20,000 bases of DNA from an uncultured virus (IMG/VR IMGVR_UViG_3300044846_004358) (lineage: Duplodnaviria > Heunggongvirae > Uroviricota > Caudoviricetes): the IMG/VR virus record IMGVR_UViG_3300044846_004358; one strand, 5' to 3'. Below are positions 14,992 through 20,000 of this stretch, in pieces. The notes under the pieces were generated by a model. It had not been told where the DNA came from and searched no databases. It saw only the letters and a program-made list of their open reading frames with translations. The position numbers and the translations under genes are program-made. Within the stretch, counting starts at the first letter, position 1. Each line of letters starts with the position of its first letter.

Positions 14992-16721
14992 AATAGTTCT
15001 AATGTTGGATTATAAATGTTTTTTACAGGATTATTTGTGAATGTAACAATTTTTCTTGGTGGTAGTTTACTAGTTGTACCATTATATAATTGAGCTTTGA
15101 CACTATCCTCAACAAATATCAAATGTGACATAAATGTTTTCCCACCATATTTTATTTCAACCTCAGGCAACTTAAAGATATCATTTTCCAAAGTATAAAA
15201 CATTTTGGTGTCAAGTTCAATTAAAACTTTTGTCCAACTTTCATCCAACTTTTCATTATATCTACCCAAGGATTGGACACGATTGAATTTAATTTTATCA
15301 AAATCATTTTCAATCTTATATTCAATGGTTGCCCTTGTTTTGGAGTGAATTCCCCCTTTTCTTAAAGATATGATAATGGATGCTGGTTTATCTGTATAAG
15401 TTCTAACACAATTTGATTGGAGGAAACTCTCCATATTGTATTCCTTACTTTCAGTCAGTAATACAGGATAATAATCAAAGATGGGTGTTTCGATATATTC
15501 CTTGAACTTTTCATCATATAATCTTCTATACTCAGCACTTTTCATCGAACCAATCTTTTCAGACCAAATATAATGTTCTTCAGCAAAAGTATCATAATTC
15601 TTGGCTCTCCACATTACAGGTTCAAAGTTTTTTAATCTAATCTTGTAAGCAATATGGTCAGTGAATGAATGTAAATTAATTTCACCCCTAACAACCAACT
15701 TGAAAATTTCGAAACAATATTTTACCTCAGTTTTGGTGAAGTCAACCAAACTAATTCTATGGTGATTAATAAACACTTGCCAATCCATAAAGAAAGATGT
15801 ACTTTCCAATATTTCTTTAATGAAGACATCAGGTTGAGATAATATGAAATCTTTCCCAAAGAAATCAAGTGCAAACTTTAATGACTCAACCCCATCTGTT
15901 GATTCTACACTATGTAATACTCTCTTGATTTTATCACCAGTGAAATCATTTAAACCCATAAAAGCATCCACAAACTTATAGTTATATTTCTTGAATATCT
16001 TTTTTGTTATCTGTGGAAAGATTCTGTTGAAATACATCCAGTTGTTTGGTACTTTAACACCAATCCCATCCAAGTATCTTTTGTATAAAATGTTGTCGTA
16101 AGAATAATCGTGGTTTTCAGGATTTACATCTGGTATATTTTGTAAAAACAATACAATGGCTTCATTAATTTCTTTACCTGATTTTTCAATTTTATCAAAG
16201 TCATTCAATTTCATTCCTCTAGTATGATTTACCCATGTTTGAATAAATGACTGAATTGGTTTATTGTACCAAAGGTTTTTCCCTAATTGACTCTTTTTTT
16301 TTCGTTTAAGATGATAATTTTTGATATGACCATTATAAAGACAATTTTGTTTGAAGTTATAGGTTAAAAAATGACAGATAGTATCTTTCTTGAAATATTT
16401 TTTTCCAGCTTGTCTACCTTTGTAATATAAAAAGAATTTTATTGAAACTTTATCTTCATTTTTTTCAACATAGAGTGATAACCTCTTGAACATCAAATGA
16501 GCAAACAAGTTGTTATAATTCTCAACATATGGTTCTTCACCTAATAAAGTTTTGTCGTAATCAAACTCTTTTCTTATTAATGAGAATTTGTTGAAGCTTG
16601 CTATTATGGGTGGTGTGTCTGAGTCATGTTCACCTAATAATATATCTTCATCTACTTCACAATAATCTTTGTAAAGCATAGTATGATAACTTGATAAACT
16701 AAAATCGTATAACTTTTCCAT
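14988..16721 (-). CDS. PcfJ-like domain protein
   Basis: C-terminal YPVLLTESKEYNMESFLQSNCVRTY...SIIISLR...RATIEY...RVQSLGRYN matches the PcfJ pattern (E...[HN]CV..Y...I.SLR...T.E...Q..G..N). Confidence 0.82.
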   Translation of the reverse strand: MEKLYDFSLSSYHTMLYKDYCEVDEDILLGEHDSDTPPIIASFNKFSLIRKEFDYDKTLLGEEPYVENYNNLFAHLMFKRLSLYVEKNEDKVSIKFFLYYKGRQAGKKYFKKDTICHFLTYNFKQNCLYNGHIKNYHLKRKKKSQLGKNLWYNKPIQSFIQTWVNHTRGMKLNDFDKIEKSGKEINEAIVLFLQNIPDVNPENHDYSYDNILYKRYLDGIGVKVPNNWMYFNRIFPQITKKIFKKYNYKFVDAFMGLNDFTGDKIKRVLHSVESTDGVESLKFALDFFGKDFILSQPDVFIKEILESTSFFMDWQVFINHHRISLVDFTKTEVKYCFEIFKLVVRGEINLHSFTDHIAYKIRLKNFEPVMWRAKNYDTFAEEHYIWSEKIGSMKSAEYRRLYDEKFKEYIETPIFDYYPVLLTESKEYNMESFLQSNCVRTYTDKPASIIISLRKGGIHSKTRATIEYKIENDFDKIKFNRVQSLGRYNEKLDESWTKVLIELDTKMFYTLENDIFKLPEVEIKYGGKTFMSHLIFVEDSVKAQLYNGTTSKLPPRKIVTFTNNPVKNIYNPTLELL

Positions 16722-16732
16722 AGTAAAATTAT

Positions 16733-16765
16733 AAAAAAAAGAGGAGAGATAATCAATCTCTCCCC
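16733..16765 (-). terminator. Intrinsic terminator after the DUF932 gene
   Basis: Minus strand ggggagagat-tgatt-atctctcctc followed by a T8 tract. Confidence 0.8.
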
Positions 16766-16780
16766 ATCATTTTTCAATCA

Positions 16781-17530
16781 CTACACTAATGTTTCTGCCA
16801 ATGTCCAAAGTTTTGTATTCATTTGGTTGGAGGCCATAATATTTTTCAAACCTTTCAAAGATGTCTTTCTACCTGAGTTTGATTTGTAATCCACACCACC
16901 TCTGATGAACTTCTCTTGGATTACATTGAAGGTTGTCCAAAGGTCATCTTTACTATCTTCAATTCTTTGTGGTGTAATAAGTTGTTCAAGGTTTAATGTT
17001 GATGGGACTGAACCCATTCCCCACTTGATGATTGATGCGTTTTTAGCAAACTCAATCTTTTCACCTTCAGTCAACATTCTATCCATCATCTTATCAACTG
17101 AGTTTTGGATTAGAGGAAGTTTCTTTGCAAAGCTCTCAGTCAATCTTTTTACTTCGTCAGAGTCAAAACCCATATGTCTTACAGTGAATTGTTCAGCGGT
17201 TGAAGTTGGAACTGTAAGTCCGTTACTACAACATAATCTAAATAAACCAGCGCCAACTGTAAGAGCTGTAGTTCCGTTGTGAGAGTTTCTAACGATGGCC
17301 TCAACTAATGTGTCACCAACAGCAGGTAATTCACCATTACGGAATCTTAGTTCGTGTACACCATATGCACCTTTACCATTTTGTTTTACAGATGCAAGTT
17401 GCCATCCTTCGTTGGTGAAGTTTTCCATCAATTCGATTGTTGGAACGAATGAATACTTGTTTGACATTTTGGGGTCAGCAGAAGTAGAGAAGATTGCAGG
17501 AGCGATTGTTTTGATGTCTTGGATTGTCAT
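16781..17530 (-). CDS. DUF932/DUF945 family protein
   Basis: APAIFS...SNKYSFVPT, HELRFR, NSHNG, GLFRLCCSNGL, DLWTTFNVIQEKFIRGG, NTKLWTLAE. Confidence 0.9.
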   Translation of the reverse strand: MTIQDIKTIAPAIFSTSADPKMSNKYSFVPTIELMENFTNEGWQLASVKQNGKGAYGVHELRFRNGELPAVGDTLVEAIVRNSHNGTTALTVGAGLFRLCCSNGLTVPTSTAEQFTVRHMGFDSDEVKRLTESFAKKLPLIQNSVDKMMDRMLTEGEKIEFAKNASIIKWGMGSVPSTLNLEQLITPQRIEDSKDDLWTTFNVIQEKFIRGGVDYKSNSGRKTSLKGLKNIMASNQMNTKLWTLAETLV

Positions 17531-17565
17531 ATCTTTAAGTTTTTAGTGGTGAGTAATTGATAAGT

Positions 17566-17597
17566 CAAAGATACAACGAGGTTTTCTAATTTCCAAA
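17566..17597 (-). promoter_or_regulatory. Bacteroidota primary-sigma promoter
   Basis: Minus strand TTTG-N20-TATCTTTG upstream of the DUF932 gene. Confidence 0.8.
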
Positions 17598-17598
17598 C

Positions 17599-17883
17599 TT
17601 AATTCAAAGAAATTAATCCATATTTTGTTTTTTGAAAGACACCATTGGTTAATAACACCTTCATATCAGGTTTTCCCTTCTTAATGTCCACAACGATTTC
17701 AATCAATTGTTTTTGAGTCAAAACAATGTCCTCACCATTGTCAAGGTTCTTATAACATTGTTCCTCTACCTTTTTATAAAAAACTTCTTTGAGTTCGTCA
17801 CCAATCAAATCAATCAATTCGTTGGGGTTGCTCTCAAAGAAGTTTATAAAGTTCTTAATGTATATTTCAACATCAATATTCAT
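17599..17883 (-). CDS. Hypothetical protein (94 aa)
   Basis: ORF on the operon strand with an ATG start, packed between the LRR gene and the DUF932 promoter. Confidence 0.8.
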   Translation of the reverse strand: MNIDVEIYIKNFINFFESNPNELIDLIGDELKEVFYKKVEEQCYKNLDNGEDIVLTQKQLIEIVVDIKKGKPDMKVLLTNGVFQKTKYGLISLN

Positions 17884-17896
17884 AGATATAATTTTT

Positions 17897-19270
17897 TTAC
17901 ATTACATAATAGAAACCATCACCTTGGTCCATCATTTTCTCTTTCAATGTTTCAGGTATTTTGATACTTGGATTCGAACCTTTTAAGTTAACAAAAGATA
18001 AGTTTTCCAAACCTGTAATGGACTCAGGTAAAGATACTAATTGTTTGTTATCAGGTAAAGAAAGAAAACTTAATTGTTGTAAGTTTCCAATACTATCAGG
18101 TAATGATTTACATATGTTTTGTAAAACCAAAGCATCCAAACTTTTGAATCTACCCAAAGATTCAGGCACATCCAAACCTATTGGTGTTTGAGATGTATTG
18201 TTAATCATCAAATGTTCAATATCATCTGGTAAATTGTCGAATAATTCTTCGAAACCATATAATGCAACATATTTTCCTGCTGAACTATTTGGATAAGAAA
18301 TTTCAACTTTCTTTCCACCCTTTGTGGTCAAACCTTTTGCAAACTCCCCTTTGAAGAAATCTTTCAACTCAGGTGCCTTCTCATTCAAAAACTTTACTAA
18401 ATCAATCTGTCTATCGTGTCTGTCCATAAATTGACTTGAAGGGAAATGGAACTGATATCTTTCTTCAGGTAATCCTGTTCTTTTACCAACTTGACCATTG
18501 TCATTCTGTGGGAATACAACATAAAGAGGTCCATTCTTAATATAATTTTCGAACCAAGTCAAACCAGGTGCTGATGTACACCAGTCAGATTCACCCTCTC
18601 TATAATCCTTATAACCACCATAATAGATTGCTGCGTCTTTACTAGTTGGGTTGTTACCCTCAACTTTAATCAATACCCAATCACTTCCTTCAAAAATGAT
18701 TTGACCACCAGCATGTTTCAATCCTTCTCTAGTCTTCTTAGCTTGTTTTTTCTCAATCTCTTTTTGTTTCTTCTCAGGTAACTTGAAGTTAGCAAATATA
18801 TCTTTCAATTGAGCTGGTGTCAATTTATTGATGTCCCTTTGGTTTTCAGGTAGATATTGTTTTACCTTTTCGAAAAATTGAAGTTGTTCAGTCATTTTGA
18901 ACAAATCTTCCAAATATAATTCTCTATAACTTTTGATAGCGTTTTTAAACTCTTTAGATTGGGGGTCTAACGCTTTCATTTCTTCAGTCATAGCAGGTAC
19001 TGCAAAGTTTTTCAACATCCATTGTGTAAACTTACCCACTTTAACTTTATCCATATCATCAATCGATGCCCCATCTATATCAAAGTTTTCAGGTGCTTTG
19101 GTGTCAGGGTCAGCAAATATGATTCTTTTTAATATGTCAAAGGTCATCAAACCTTTAGCTTTTGGATTTTTTTCTAATGCTTTTTGTGATGGGGTAACCA
19201 TCTTATCATAAAGAACTTTGAATCTTGAGTTTTCAACAATTAATTTCTTAAGTACGGAAGTAAATCTCAT
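17897..19270 (-). CDS. Leucine-rich-repeat protein with central WCT/GPLY/YQFHF domain
   Basis: C-terminal LRRs (VPESLGRFKSLDALVL, LPDSIGNLQQLSFLSL, LPESITGLENLSFVNL); central SDWCTS...GPLYVV...RYQFHF...QFMD. ATG at 19270 (MRFTSVLKKLIVE) preferred over TTG at 19324. Confidence 0.88.
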   Translation of the reverse strand: MRFTSVLKKLIVENSRFKVLYDKMVTPSQKALEKNPKAKGLMTFDILKRIIFADPDTKAPENFDIDGASIDDMDKVKVGKFTQWMLKNFAVPAMTEEMKALDPQSKEFKNAIKSYRELYLEDLFKMTEQLQFFEKVKQYLPENQRDINKLTPAQLKDIFANFKLPEKKQKEIEKKQAKKTREGLKHAGGQIIFEGSDWVLIKVEGNNPTSKDAAIYYGGYKDYREGESDWCTSAPGLTWFENYIKNGPLYVVFPQNDNGQVGKRTGLPEERYQFHFPSSQFMDRHDRQIDLVKFLNEKAPELKDFFKGEFAKGLTTKGGKKVEISYPNSSAGKYVALYGFEELFDNLPDDIEHLMINNTSQTPIGLDVPESLGRFKSLDALVLQNICKSLPDSIGNLQQLSFLSLPDNKQLVSLPESITGLENLSFVNLKGSNPSIKIPETLKEKMMDQGDGFYYVM

Positions 19271-19287
19271 TTTTTTGGTTTTTCTTA

Positions 19288-19296
19288 ATAAATATC
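19288..19296 (-). promoter_or_regulatory. GATATTTAT motif (putative phage promoter)
   Basis: 17 nt upstream of ATG 19270, the same spacing as at the endonuclease gene. Confidence 0.55.
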
Positions 19297-19317
19297 TTTG
19301 ATGTGATAAAAATAGTA

Positions 19318-19347
19318 GTCCCAATAACTATTATTGATTATTGGGAC
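19318..19347. repeat. 10-bp perfect inverted repeat in a divergent intergenic region
   Basis: gtcccaataa-ctattattga-ttattgggac. Confidence 0.85.
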
Positions 19348-19375
19348 AAATATAATACTTTTCAATTAAAAAACT

Positions 19376-19519
19376 ATGGAAAAGGAAAAAGGTTGTAGTA
19401 AATGTAAAAAGGGTTTCTCTAACAGACAATGGTATTTAGTTGGTTTATCCCTATATATTTTAGTTGCAAGTATATATGGTACAATTAAGATTGTTGAAAA
19501 TATATTGTCTATCTTTTAA
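19376..19519 (+). CDS. Small membrane protein with CxxC (47 aa)
   Basis: Hand-translated MEKEKGCSKCKKGFSNRQWYLVGLSLYILVASIYGTIKIVENILSIF*; A-rich leader; one TM helix; overlaps the dnaJ 3' end by 11 nt. Confidence 0.7.
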   Translation: MEKEKGCSKCKKGFSNRQWYLVGLSLYILVASIYGTIKIVENILSIF

Positions 19520-20000
19520 ATTTAACGTGTAAATTAATGATTAAATCTCCAATTTGGTTTGTTTGAAACCCTTTGGCTTTTACTCGTAACGATTTTGAGG
19601 TATCAAATTCTTGTGGTAACTTCACAGATATTCTTCCTTGTGGATGAGGGATTTCTATTGTATCCTTTTTCAGGTCATTTAGATTCAAAAAAGAATTATA
19701 AATCAAATCATTTTCGGCTTTATTAAAATTAGATTCTGGTTTGATTATGGCTCTTAACATTAAATTACCATAAACGCCATTGATGAAATCACCTTTACCT
19801 TGCATTCTAAAGTATTGACCATCTGATACACCATGTGGTAGTTTTATTTTAATAGTTTCCGTTCTTTGTTGAATTCCTTTTCCTTGACAACTACCACAAA
19901 CATTTCTGAGAGTGAATCCATGACCACCACAAGTATGACAACCTTGTCTAAAAACTTGTGTAAAGAAACCAGAACCCATCGTTTTGGTAATAAATCCACC
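19509..20000 (-). CDS. dnaJ: DnaJ chaperone, zinc-finger and C-terminal part (5' end outside the window)
   Basis: CHTCGGHG and CGSCQGKG repeats; IKLPHGVSDGQYFRMQGKG; LRVKAKGF...GDLII. Confidence 0.9.
   Translation of the reverse strand, partial: GGFITKTMGSGFFTQVFRQGCHTCGGHGFTLRNVCGSCQGKGIQQRTETIKIKLPHGVSDGQYFRMQGKGDFINGVYGNLMLRAIIKPESNFNKAENDLIYNSFLNLNDLKKDTIEIPHPQGRISVKLPQEFDTSKSLRVKAKGFQTNQIGDLIINLHVKFKR

Noticed and set aside
231..19211. Plus-strand ORF-track entries other than 12518-13348 (e.g. 231-515, 729-1010, 4214-4438, 8785-9303, 13349-13576, 16905-17282, 18933-19211) and nested 1586-1768
   Set aside because: They are antisense or alternate-frame shadows of well-supported minus-strand genes, with no recognisable motifs.
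1..20000. tRNA, rRNA or large structured ncRNA genes
   Set aside because: Intergenic gaps are short and AT-rich; no cloverleaf or T-arm signature was seen by eye. A tRNAscan-SE/Infernal run would be definitive.

Overview
AT-rich, gene-dense segment of what is most plausibly a large (jumbo-type) dsDNA phage infecting a Bacteroidota host. Host inference: two exact TTTG-N19/20-TAnnTTTG promoters, no obvious Shine-Dalgarno sites, and several Bacteroidota-like genes. Almost all genes are on the minus strand. Recognisable products: three DNA methyltransferases of different classes (beta-class SPPY, short C5, Dam-like DPPY), thymidylate synthase, hotdog acyl-CoA thioesterase, HAD phosphatase-like protein, ParB/DGQHR-like protein, DUF3310, a beta-helix lipoprotein, glutaredoxin, thioredoxin, a free-standing GIY-YIG endonuclease, a PcfJ-like protein, DUF932/DUF945, two LRR-bearing proteins and a partial DnaJ. 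Several small genes missed by the ORF track were read by hand. Highlights: (1) a + strand 276-aa protein that aligns by eye to the N- and C-terminal domains of SAM synthetase (MetK) but lacks the catalytic residues and most of the middle, a candidate pseudo-MetK; (2) a small-gene region at 0.8-3.0 kb built around interleaved direct repeats at gene junctions; (3) a 13-bp hairpin that buries the endonuclease start codon and carries a putative phage promoter motif (GATATTTAT) in its loop; the same motif precedes candidate virion-packaged proteins. All family assignments come from motif recognition, not database searches.
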